This document shows, piece after piece, positions 13,107-26,174 of a stretch of 64,000 nucleotides of DNA. Within the stretch, counting starts at the first letter, position 1. Every line of letters begins with the position of its first letter. The translations under genes and the position numbers were made by a program. Source of the DNA: Utricularia gibba (Eukaryota; Plantae; Magnoliophyta). The notes beneath the pieces were generated by a model, which ran no database searches, was not told where the DNA came from, and was given only the letters and a program-made list of their open reading frames with translations. Location of the stretch: contig NEEC01000018.1 of assembly GCA_002189035.1 (NCBI GenBank), positions 1,674,001 to 1,738,000 on the forward strand, in the 5' to 3' direction.

Positions 13107-16100
13107 ATGGAGCTACAGAACACGGTTAAAGAAGCCTTGAACGCGCTGTACCGTCACCCAGACGATGCCGTGAGGATGCAGGCCGATCGCTGGCTTCAGG
13201 ATTTCCAGCGGACGATTGATGCTTGGCAGGTGACTGTCCTTGAAGTGACGTGATTTTTGGGCTCCCGATTCTTGGTCCGGGGTTGGGTTTTCATTAGTGC
13301 TGAATTTGGCGTTCTTTTGTCGATTCAATGGCGTTCTGTGTGGAATTCGCTGTGTCTGATTCCAAGTTTAGTAGTATTTCTGCACTGGAATAGAGTCGAT
13401 AACTTGAATTGATGGGGCTGCTGGGAAGCTTTTTAATTGATGTTGTGTGTCATCTCTGGAAAGATCCGAGTTTTATCCATCAAGCAGGAGTAGTGTTACA
13501 GTCATTGTTCGTTTTCCTTTGCTTATGATGTTCTACATGCATCTCGATGGTGTACTTGATTTAAATTAAGCATGTGTTTTTTGCTCTGCATTCGTTTTTA
13601 ATGAAATCGTTTGTTCATTTATCTATCGCACGGGCATGATCTATATACTTTTCTCAATGTAGTGTTTAGGAACGTACATCCAAGTTCTGGGATTGAGTGT
13701 CAACCCAAGAATTGATGACTAGAAATAGTTATGGTTGTTCCATTAAGCAAACTCGTGAACGTTTCATCTTGCTGTTTTACTTTATTTCTTAGTAGAAGTT
13801 CAGGAAGCAGCACATGTTTCTCGGTTTGTAATAATTGTTCGCCTTATTGCTTAGGTGGCAGATAATATGCTCCACGATAGTTCCAGCAATATTGAAACAT
13901 TAATATTCTGTTCTCAGACTCTTCGGAGCAAGGTATATTTTCTCCAAATTTGAGATTTTTTACTTATTTCCATCAGGCATTCTGGGATATCATGTGCTTA
14001 TTGTCTCATTCCTGATTTGGACTTTGTACCGAGTCATATGTTTGGGATTTTAAATTTCTGTCCCGTGTTGAGTCTTTGGGCCTTATTTTTTGTTATCAGG
14101 TGCAGCGTGATTTTGAGGAACTACCTTCAGAAGCACTCCGGCCATTACGTGCTTCTTTGATTGTAAGGATTACTATCCTTCTGATTTCTTGAGCATCATT
14201 CTCTAATCAGATGTCGAAAAAGAGTTTCTTTTTGTCCTACTTGAAGAATGGACATTCATCAAGTTTCTTTTTACCTGTAGCTGCCTATGAGAATCTTAAA
14301 TAGTTAAAAAGAATGGAAATCAGAGATCATCCAGACGTACATTGCTTGAAATTATGTGTTTATTCATTATTCAGGCTTTATTAAAGTCATTTTACAAGGG
14401 ACCTCCTAAAGTCAGAACTCAGGTAAGGCATTTATATTTAAAATATTAATCCAAAATACTTACTTGAATGCTAAAAATTGCATATGTAGATTAGCCTTGC
14501 TGTGGCTGCATTAGCGGTCCATGTAAAAGAAGAAGACTGGGGAGATGGAGGTATTGTGGGATGGATAAGAGATGAGATGCATTCACATCCTGAATTTATA
14601 TCAAGCTTTCTGGAACTTCTGCAAGTCCTGCCTGAGGTATGGAGAAAAGTGTTGGGATTTGTGCCTTTGATACCACGAATGTGGAAGGATGCCTCTGGAA
14701 CTTCTGTATGAACTTCGATGAGGGTGTAGATGTTGATATAGTCTGTACTTTTTTTTGAAATATTTCACCAATCCTCCCCCTCCTTCCCTCCCTCCCCCCA
14801 AATGCAGGAAGTCTTCAACTACAAAATTGCTGTGCGCCCTGACAGACGTCGTGCTTTTGAAAATGAACTTGCTTCAGGAATGGATACTGCGATTAATATC
14901 TTAACGGCTTGCTTGAATATTAATGAGCTGGTGGAGCAGGTTTATGCTGCTATTTGGCAATTTATATTCCCGTTACCTCAGAAGAACCTTCAGTATGAGA
15001 TTGTTTAGGTTTTGAAAAGTGGGATGATGACTACAGTAAAATAATTGATGAGTTTCGTCTTTCATGTAAACTTTTATTGGCTGAAGGGATGCGCAGTTGT
15101 TGCTTGTGCTGAACATTGATACCTCACCTAGATGCGAGAAACATGATATTCTCTTCTATAGTGGAGTTTCATAAGTTTCATTCAAGCCTTCAGTGTTGAG
15201 GCCATTTAATCTATCTATACAAAGTGAATTTCTGGATCTTATCAGCTGAATCCCATGACGAGTTTGAAAAAGTTCCATTTTATTTTATTTTATTTTGCCA
15301 AAGAAATCGTGTTTACCAACATCCTAGTAAAACATACTTGCGCTCATTTTTAGTTTTACGATTGGGCAGGTTCTTGAAGCATTTGCCTCCTGGTTACGCA
15401 TAAGGCATAGGTACTTCAATCTTATGGATCTTTTTGTATTCGCATCTGTTTGACTCATCTTCTTTGACTGTTATTATCTACTCACTTTTATTGTATTTGT
15501 CTTTGAACCTGCTGGTTCCAGGATTCCTCCTGAAGTGCTTGCATCACATCCGTTAGTGCGCAGTGCTTTCTCCAATTTGCATTGTGACACACTCTCTGAG
15601 GCAGCTGTTAATGGTTAGTGGGAGTGCAAAAATAATATTTTGTTTTTTTATTCAGAAGAAATTCATCTGATTGTTTTCTTTTCATTTGCATTTGATTCTT
15701 TTTATTGCCTTTATTCCCATAGGAAGATAGTGTTGACGGTGTATTCTAGAATGTTTTCACCTTTGTTGTTAATTATCTTTGCTGTACACTAAATAGTGAT
15801 TCATTCAATTCTCTTCCAAGTTTCTATTTTTTCCCTTTCCACTTACAAAGATCCGCTCTGTTATCTTCTGCAGTTATTTCCGAACTAATACACTACTCTG
15901 CGGTCAGAGGCTCTGATAGCATTTCTTCTCAGATGCCCTTGATTCAAGTAATTGTGCCCCATATCATGAGTTTGAAGGCTCACCTGAGAGATACTTCGAA
16001 GGTAAAATTTCCATTGGAGATTAACGTTTTTACTTTCAGAATAATGCATGATTATTCAGCAGCTCGTTTGTTACTCAGTTTTGGATATGATTTTCACCAT

Positions 16101-19100
16101 TCAACTGAGTGATTATTGTGGAGGGTGCTTGTGCATTTGATCTTTATTCATCATGTGCTAGCATAGTAATGAAGACATATAGGAGATTGGAGTTTGGTTT
16201 GGCCGTTGATTTTGAACACAAATAATATAATATTAGTGTAGCTAATTTTGAATAGTTAGGGTACTTCCTCCCAGTGGCATCAATGATTAAGTGATTATTC
16301 ACAGACCTTAAAAGCATATCTGATGTAGCTGTATTTAGAAGCTGTATAATGCATTTCCTGCTTGGTAATGTTGGAGCACCATCAAGTGATTATTCTGGGT
16401 TTCTTTTTCTTAGGAATTTATGAATTATTTCTCACTTTTTGTTATTATATTACTTCAGGATGAGGAGGATATAAAAGCAATTGCTCGCTTATTTGCAGAC
16501 ATGGCTGATGCATATGTCGAATTGATTGCAACTGGTATGCCTCCCTTATGCGATGGAATATTCTAAGCTGTCATTTACTTTTACTTTTACATAATCTTCA
16601 TTTTTATGTTTACGGGCTGGATCAAGGTTTTGTTGTATCCTCTTCCCTTGCTATTTCGTTGAGAAAATAATGTTTCTTCTTATTTAACCCACTGCTTATA
16701 CTTCTATTTTTTTCATAAGTTGCAGACATTGCTTACCTTTGTTTTTTTCACTTCGCAAGTGAAGAAATTGAACATGATTTCTGTTAAAAATCGTTTTTTC
16801 CAAAAGCATTTCCTTGTTTTGCTTTTCCTCTTTCTTTTTTGAGCATGGAGCAGTTATTCCTGCATTACGCAATACCTTACGTGGGACACAACCTGATGCT
16901 TTTAAAGCTTAAATCACTCAACATAATTTGGGTTTTCTTGTGAGTCCTTCCGATTTGTCAGTGGAACCTTATTTTGTGGATTTTTTCTCAGGTTCTGATG
17001 AATCAGTCTTGATTGTGCAAGCTTTACTTGAAGTTGCTTCACATCCAGAGTTTGATATTGCTTCAATGACATTTAACTTTTGGCATAGTCTTCAAATTAT
17101 GCTGATTGAGAGGTGAAAATCCAGTGATCTTGAAACTTCTATGTTGCAACTTTATATTTGAGTTTGACATTTCGGGGAATCAGGGATTCTAATGTAGTAC
17201 ATGCTGCCGAGGCAACTAAAGAAGCTGACAGAACACGTAGATTACATGTGTTCAGACCGTCATACGAATCGCTTGTTTTGTTGGTGGGTCTTCATCTGGT
17301 CTTGAAGTTCAGACCAGCAGTCCCTTGACTCTATGAATTTGTTAATTAAGTCAGTTATTTTTTCCAGGTTAGTGTCAAGGTCGAATATCCGCAAGACTAT
17401 ACTGATCTTTCAAGCGAGGACCAGAAGGATTTCAAGCAGATGAGATACGGTACTCTGCCATTTTGTTTCATAAAACGTGGTCCAAGGAGCTATCACAAAT
17501 TTTGTTAATTAATCCTACTTTTGTATTCTCAATGTTGTTTTCACTGCAAGCACGGTTTTGCTTGTTCACATTTTTTTCCAATTCCTCCTAAATGTCCCAT
17601 TTCACTACACCATGTACTGAATTTTCTCCATTCTGAATAATCATATTGTATCTCTGCAATGACCTTCTGAAAAGCCTTTATGGTCTGTTCTTTCAACCAG
17701 TTGCCACATCAGATGCCAAAACTGAGTAGTGACACAATGTTCTCATTTTGCCAGCTGTTGCAGATATTCTTATTGATGCAGCTTTAATTTTGGGTAGTGA
17801 TGCGACATTGAAAATTCTTTTCATGAAGCTTATTGAGGTGTGTATTCAAATCTTAATTTTTGACTGTCTAAGAACCTCTATTTTCATTCTACAATATTTT
17901 TTTGAGAATAAATAAATCACACCAAGATTATCTCCTTCGGAATCTTAAGCTTCTTTTGCACGATGTCCCAGGCTTTTCACAACAGAGAGCATCATCTTAC
18001 TGATTGGCGTCGAGCTGAGGCTGCTTTGTACAGCATTAGGGCCATATCAGATTATGTGTCTATTGCGGAGGGAGAAATTATGCCTCAGGTTAAACAATTT
18101 TTTTCTGAAAGACTATGTTTAGCCTATCTATCTTATATTTGTTGACAATTATATTTAATTTGAACTCTCAAAAAAATTGGCTCCATGGTTTAATCTCGGT
18201 GTTTTTTTTATTTTGTCCAGATCATGTCTTTGCTTCCAAAGCTACCTCATCAGCCACAGCTTCTGCACACAGGTACTTCACTTACTACTCATGATATCAA
18301 TAGAGGAATAAACGGTGTGATTTGCTGGAGAGTTGTTCCTTTTACTCTATGAAGATGTTGTCTCATCTGTCTTTGCCCATAGTGTGCCTAACCATTGGAG
18401 CATATTCAAAGTGGCTTGATGCTGCACCCAATGGACTTTCATTCTTGCCGCCATTAGTAGATATTCTTGTGAATGGGATGAGTTTTGAGGAAACAGCAGC
18501 TGCAGCCGCGTTAGCATTTCGCCATATTTGTGATGGTAAGTTATTTTCCCAATTAACATTTTACTGTTTCCTTTTACATATAAATTGTTTTCACTGTACG
18601 CGTGATGGCTGCATTTTTGCATAATGAATAGAAGCATCTGCTTTCTAAGATATTCTTCCTCGCAACATTACCTTAGATTGCAAGAAAAAGCTGTGCCGGT
18701 CATTAGATGGACTCTTCCAGATATATCAAAGGGCAGTCTCAGGGGATGGGCCTCTAAAGGTTTCTCCTGAAGAATCATTGCATCTTGTTGAAGCCCTAAG
18801 GTAGTTCTACATTAGGGAGATTTATAACTGCCTTTTGTACTGACTTGTTTCTACAGCATGGTTGCCACAGAACTTCCTTCTGAGCATGCCAAGAAAGCAC
18901 TCGAGGCATTATGTATGCCTGTTGTGACTCCCTTACAGGTTTATATTATATTTTTGAAGTTTCCAGACACTATGTGGTGACTAATTTTTTGCTTGCTTGA
19001 AAAAATTGCAGGAGATCATTAGTCAGGGCGCTGCCGTCTTAGGCCAAAAACCTGCCCGTGACCTTACCATGCATATAGATCGACTTGCAAACATATTTAG

Positions 19101-21012
19101 GTTTGTAATTCCAAACACTTATTTTCTATTATTTTCTCACCACTGATTGGGTTTTTCGTGGCTATCATTCAGACATGTGAATCATCCCGAAGCAGTTGCT
19201 GATGCAATTCAAAGACTTTGGCCAGTCTTCAAGTCAATATTTATCACGTTAGTGTTAGACATTTTTGTTTTCTTTGCCATTCCTGCTCTGGAAAGTTGAG
19301 CTATCATTTTTTGTTGCAGTCGTCCTTGGGACACACGTACAATGGAATCTCTTTGTCGTGCGTGCAAGCATGCTGTAAGTTCATCAATGCCTTGGAGTTT
19401 TAATTCCTACAGAATTGAAAATTGTTCTGATAATAATATTATAATCATTTTCCTTACCACATCTCAAGTTATTTAGTGTACAAATTTAGAATAGAGACTT
19501 TTTTTCGTCCACAGGTTTGCCACATGTATTTGCCCTTTCCTGATTATTACTCTCAATTATTAGGTAAGGACCTCCAAAACTCTAATGGCAGTTACAGTTG
19601 GTGTAATGCTGGAGGAGATACAGGGTTTGTACAAACAGCATCAGCAGCCATGCTTCCTCTATCTTTCTAGTGAAGTGGTCAAGGTTGCCATCTCTTTTAA
19701 TTTGATGTTCGCCAGGAAACTGTTTATCTTTTCTTCAATCCTGAACCTCTTGTCCTTGCCCCTACTTTCTTAGATCTTTGGATCAGATCAGGCTTGTGCA
19801 AGCTATTTGAGAATCCTTCTTGAGTCGCTGTTCAGTCACACAACATTTTTGCTTACAAATTTTCAGGTCATTTAACTTGACAATTCACCAAATACTCTTT
19901 TTGAGATTCTTCCTTGAACAGAAACGTAATGGTAAACACCTTTTTGCAGGACTTCACATCCCGCCCTGACTTGGCAGATGACTGTTTCTTGTTAGCATCA
20001 AGGTGTATACGTTATTGTCCTCATTTGTTTTTTCAATCGTCGGTCTTTCCTTCGTTGGTGGACTGTTCAATGATAGGAGTCACAGTACAACACAGGTATC
20101 TACTCTTCCTCATGATGTCGTATATTTATATGATGTGTATCCAATGTTGATTCTCCAATGTGGCTGATTAAATCTTTACTGCTATTATTCAGGGCATTTC
20201 TTTGCTTCATGCTCTTACATACTGACGAACATAGACTTAATTTCATCATAAATCAATAGCCTGGTTCTTGATTTACTTCCCCATTTGGGTGCAACGTGTG
20301 CCTCCTTTACTTCAATGAAGTTTTCACAGCTCTTAGTTGCTATACACATAATCACCATGCTATTTCCTGCGGGATGTCTTCCTCTGAGATACTTACATGT
20401 CAATGCTCTGTGCATGGTATTCAAGACCAGTCAGTGGCCCTTCTTCCTTTTACATTACATTGTTCATGTGCAGGGAAGCCTCCAAGTCCATAATGAGCTT
20501 CTTATCAGATGTTTTCGATATTGGCAACTCCTCTCAAGGAAAGGCGTATGTATCAATTCGGGACAACGTCATCATTCCTCGAGGCCCGACTATCACCCGG
20601 ATCCTCATAGCTGCCCTCACTGGAGCTCTTCCAAGCTCCCGAATAGAAACGGTAATATCTAAGGTTCAGAAATCTTCGTCATATGAGGCATGCAAATTGC
20701 TGTTCTAAATCTCCTTTCTTACCATCGGATATCAAGGTTACATACACCCTGCTATCCCTTACTCGGGCCTATGGTGTAAAAACGTTGGAGTGGGCGAAGG
20801 ACAGCGTTTCCTTGATTCCTCCTAATGCAGCCACAGAGGCTGAAAGGACTAGATTCTTACAAGCACTATCAGATATAAACTCTGGTCTTGCCATGAACGG
20901 CGTGATTAATCCTATTGAAGAGTTATCAGAAGTATGCAGACGAAACAGATCAGTACAAGAAATAGTCCAAGGAGCTCTGCGACCTCACGAGATGAGTCTG
21001 GTTTCTATATGA
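13107..21012 (+). CDS. MOS14: Transportin-SR / importin-beta family nuclear import receptor (MOS14), about 27 exons
   Basis: N-terminus MELQNTVKEALNALYRHPDDAVRMQADRWLQDFQRTIDAWQ. Exons can be traced with GT-AG boundaries (VQRDFEELP, EVASHPEFDIASMTFNFWH, WRRAEAALYSIRAIS, DFTSRPDLADDCFLLASRCIRYCP). Stop TGA at 21010-21012. Confidence 0.95.
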
Positions 21013-21609
21013 CACCTGATGGAAGGGCCATTTTTTACCTCGCCCTTGTCTACATCTGAGGTTACCTGTACATCATCCTTTTTTCTTTCAAGTTGTCTTT
21101 TCTACTTTACACAGGCTGCTGCATGAAAGGAATGAGCTTTTTCTCTGCTGGGGAGATGGGAAAAAAACACACCTTTTTTGTAACTATTATTTTCCTTTTT
21201 GAAAGATGAGGATTGATTTCTTTCTGTGATAGCTTGTGAGGTCTGTGTCCTGTTCAGTCAATTGGTTTTTTGCTGTAAGCACTACAACCCTTTTTGGGTT
21301 TCCCTGTCAGTTGTTCACCGTTTTGTTTTACAGAAGTGCAGAAGATGAAATCCAAATCTGTGAACAAGTAAGAATCAATGAAGCCATGATGTTGATATGT
21401 AGATAGATATTATAGAACTAGACCACTGCCATAATATTTCACTGTGCTTGGAATAAGCACTACAACAGGGACCTAGCAGAGAATGCTTACAGTTTACACC
21501 GGTGGCAGCTGCAGATGTCCGCTCCCCCTTGTTAAAACCTTTGAGGTCGGATTCTGAAGCTGCAGTGGCATGAAATTTCAGGTGATGCATTCTCAGCCGG
21601 AATGCAGAA

Positions 21610-24600
21610 TCAACGAAACAGATCTGGGAAGGACCACATTATGAACTTGAGAAAAATGTCGGATTCGAGGAACTCGATATGGGCAGCTCGTCCGATGATG
21701 GTGTTGAGGTTTCGACCTTGCAGTGTGATGTCAAAGTTCACATCACAGCGCATGAACAACCGGTGATCGGATGAAGGTGCTCGGATCTGGTCCAGCAGAT
21801 CATTGAGCATCTCAACAAAAACTTTACCCTTTTTTGACTGGTCACCAAAGGATGCGGGGCTCATTTCAATCCTAGCTGAATGATATGGAACATATCCGTC
21901 CTGCAACAGACAAGCAAGAAAAGAAAATGTATAACCAAAAGAATCCAACACCTAAAATGCAGAAAGCTCGTTCCTTCATGGGAAAACAGAGACTGTGAAG
22001 AACCTGGGGTGATGAAAACAGAACAATGTTCTTGAAATTCTCCAAAGTTCTTCGCTGCAGAATCGGATGAGAAAACAGAATCAGCAAATCGGGCATTTTG
22101 AAGAATAGGATCAACTTATCTCAGAATGCATTGTCTAGTGCTTTTTCGTAAACTGGCTTTGCAGCCAAAGTTGGATACCTTGCATAAGTTATACAGAAAC
22201 GTATTACGTAGATCAGGGTCATCCGTAAAAGTCAGTTGATGAATGCACTGCGTGCCCTTGAGCTTCTTCAGTAGCCACAGCCCCCCATTGAAAAGTGAGT
22301 TTGAGCTGTACAGATATCCAAGATGTGGACCAGAAACAGAGAGATACGTGTGGAGGAATCTCAGATACGGTTCCATTATGCTTTCTGCACAGAAGGTATA
22401 GGAGTCAAAAACATGAGCAAGTGACTGAACGGCAGTTTCCTAAAGCAAAACAAAACCTGTTAAAGCAGCCCTCAGTATGATGTTTCCAATGGAGTGCCCG
22501 ACGAAACTAAGCTTAATTGATCTCAAAAGACCAGATCTAGAAACCTTGTCCATTTTCTTTTTTAAAAAGGCGACAACTTCTTCAGCCAACCTTTGTCCCA
22601 TTTCTCTTAAATCTCCGGAAGTTTTCTCTTCGTTAGCTTCTGACATTAGAAATTCCACTTTTGGGTCTATCAAAAGCCACTGATTTCGAAAAAGTCGTAG
22701 ATCCAAGTGATGCCCCTGCATACGTAATAAATCAAGTTTTTGGTCATTTAAACCCTTCACACAAAACACAATCATGTTTTTGGTCAAGTTGAAAGAAAAG
22801 GAACTGAAACACAATCATGTTTTACCAGGAGGGGAGGTAGTTAGGCAATAAGTATACCTGGAATCCATGGACGAAAACAACAACCTTCAGAATGCGATCA
22901 TTCTGACGAGCTTTTGTAATATTTAACCTCTCCGCAAAGTTTGTGTCTGCCGCACCATTCAACAAAATTGAATCTTTCTGGTCTAGTTGGCTGAAATATG
23001 AATTCCCACTTGTTGAGCGCACAGGAGAATTGACCACACGTTCTACGATAACAATTGGGATGCGTGATGGTTCACCAAACATATGCATATCTTGGATATA
23101 GCGACTATTGATCTGCAGTGACATATATGTATATAGATATAGTCAAATAAGTGATAGATAACATGCACTAATTTACAAAGAAATCACCTTCATTTGGGCA
23201 ATACTTCTCCTGTGAAGTTGTGCTCTCATTGCTGCTGTTTGTGCTGGCTATAGTCAATGAAACTGAAGTATTAGAAAATTCCTGTAGCCAATGATTTCAA
23301 CAATACGTAGCACCAAAAGTGAGCCACTTACATCTCCCGTTAACTTCCTTAGATAACCTCCTTTACCACGTGGCATGATGCTTGAGGAATCATCAATTAC
23401 ATTGCTAATGTACTGATGAGGCATCTCAGCCTTGGTGTAAACCATCCAGATTGACCATTCGGATTTCCGATCAACAGCCCATTGGTTGAGAAGAAATTCG
23501 AGTATCTTTCTAACATTGGCCCTGGAAATTAGAAATAACAGCACTTCATTGCCTCGTTTTGTATCTCAAAGTATGAAAAACATTGAAAGCTTAGAAATTC
23601 GAGTATCTTTCTCCAGGTGAGTATGTGCTTTAATTGATGCTCAGAAGAACATAATAAAAATATATATCTCAAATCTCAGTGGCATCATCAGAGACAGTAT
23701 CAATCCAACGGGTTTTCAGATGATGACGTTGCACAAGAAGAATGTGACACAAAGAAAAAGAGAATCATAAAATAAAAGAACCTGTGAAAGTTCATAAACA
23801 CGCTCCAGAGGTAGAACATTTGTTTGCCAATCAAATCAATTGAGAAAAGTATCATATCATCAGAGATTGAGTGAAGAACATCTGTTCGCCCAAAATCTGC
23901 TTCAAGACTTGGTTTCTGTTTTGGTGATAACATTACCATGTGAGAGAGATGCAAATAATAAAAGCTATTTTATACAAGATCAGACAAAATATTTTAAGCT
24001 CAGATGACCTCTAAAATTCTCAGAAGATCGCTCGAGAGCTTTCTGGAAAGTTCATGATGAGATGCGTCCTGATTAGATTTTGTAGTGAAACCAAAGAGTT
24101 CGTTGGAAGTAAAATCTTCAACATTAATTGGCTTATTGATGGCCTTGCTGAGCCTTTGCATTTCTTCCAAAAGTAAAACTTGAGCATCGAATAACGCCCT
24201 TGCCAGCATCATCTACTCAGAGTGAGACCAAAACTTCCCATTGATAATAATAAAGCATTTCGTATGGAACAACCATACATTAATTAATGGGCATGTTCAT
24301 CATACAGAAATTAAAGAATAGAAAGATTTCCACTCAGCAGATAAAAATATCATTTTCCACATCCAAAGAAATGACAAAATAACTAATGATTTGATCATAA
24401 AGAGAAGAGAGTGGCAATGAAAATAAAAACTTCAAAGAGAAATCTACCTGCTTTGAAGCGCTGTGAGCTCTACCATCTCCACCAACTCTGATAGTAAGGA
24501 TGCATCATAATTAAGATTATTAAATAAATAGCATATTTTAAAAGAAAGGACTAAAAAGTATTTACAAAGAGTTTTGCATGTAGTAGCACACAAGCCTTGT

Positions 24601-26174
24601 TATGTTGTTATCATCTTTGAAAATGAAGACTATTAAAGAAACAATTGTCTCTTCTTTTAACTCAAAGAACATTACGAACAAAAGGGCACAGTTGTACAGA
24701 AACTATAACCAAATTTGGATGCGATATGCAGCACATCTAGAGATCAAGAAGTGACAAACCTGGATACCTTCACAGAGGAAGTGGGAAAGCCGTTTCCCAC
24801 AAGGCTGGCGTGTATTGTAGTATCTACTAAAACAGCATGAAAAACATCAAAATGAACGGGGCAGTAGGCATGGATACCCAGAAGAGCTTTAGGTGGGAGA
24901 CGAAATTCATGGACAGCAGCAGGGCAGGCATCCAAAGAAGCCTGTATATCGCTCCTAAATGGAACACAGAAAAGTATTAAGTCTATAATAACAATAAATG
25001 TACTAATATATTAATTCAGTTGTTTTCTAGCAGATAATAGGTGATTCCACTATTTGTACGAAAACGAAAACAAACACAACAAAGCTAGTGTTAAGAGCAG
25101 ACTAGCAATAAATTTAGCCAGCTAAAAATCTCCTAACCTGTTCACCAGAATTGGAGCGTATAACAACTCGAACTTCAGAATGACAGCAGACTTAGATGGA
25201 CCCTGACATACCAACACAACATACAGAATTGATATTTAACAGGTGCACAAACCATATTTAAGTGCTGGTTAAAAATTTAAAATCCGGTCCATCATGAGTC
25301 AGTAGGCTAAAACAGGCAATAAATCTACAGGAAATATAAAAATGTATTCAGCAAGAAATTCAGATATACATCTTAATTTTGCATATAAATTTTTTACAGC
25401 CTATATGAAAAATGTACACGTCACACACATCCACCACATAAAAGGCATAAACAACTTACCGCAAGCTGACTGAGATATAAATTGAAAGATACCATCATCG
25501 ACAAAAGAATATCTTGTCTTGCATATTTAATTCTGAATGGCTGTGTTGAAAAGCTATGATCTGTATCATTGATTTTCCATACTCCATATACATCACCAGA
25601 ACCCAAGTCAGGAACTGCAAAGATATACCAAGTATGTAAGTCAATCTGCCTCCAAGATTTAAGAATAGCTACTGCTCTGTGATTTAAAAAAAATTAATGA
25701 AATAACATGCTCAAAAAATGACAAAAGAGCAAATTTTGGGGATCTATCTGTAATTTCTGTTCGTGCATTGGGATGAAAACAGCTCGCTTGAGTTTATCCC
25801 AGTAATCCAAAAACTTTATAGAAACAATAGATCTACAAGCAGTTTCTATCAAATACTAGGGAACAGCTGTGAGCTCAAACTCATAAGAACCAAACATGAT
25901 TACCATCATATTGGACAACTCTTGCTGGTGTTGCACTGGAACCATATTCGCCATCCTCCCACCTCACATTGATTTTGAGTTGGTACCATCTGCAAATCAA
26001 ATACAAGTGAACGATGGGAAATGACTGCTGGTCAGCCAGCATGGACACGTTTATGACTCAGGAAAAAAACTGAAACAAACCAAAAACAACGAATTCCACT
26101 TACCCTTGCTGAAACAGATCCAGGTTGTGAAATCTATGAATGTAAATGGAGATTTCGTGTACAGCCTCCAACAT
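21610..26174 (-). CDS. FAM135-like protein (DUF3657 + DUF676 putative serine esterase/lipase), 15 coding exons, long 5'UTR reaching about 27790
   Basis: Start MLEAVHEISIYIHRFHNLDLFQQGWYQ at 26174. Motifs VVVFVHGFQGHHLDLRL, nucleophile elbow FVGHSIGN, DGYVPYHSARIE and IGRAAHIEFLESD. Stop at 21610. Confidence 0.92.

Noticed and set aside
24495-24757. Apparent U12-type signals (GTATCC and TCCTTAC) in the FAM135-like gene
   Set aside because: Using GTATCC as the donor gives a stop. The frame is kept only with the downstream CAG|gtttgt U2 donor, so GTATCC is coding (Val-Ser). The GTATCCAA donor near 22178 also lacks the U12 consensus TT and branch point.
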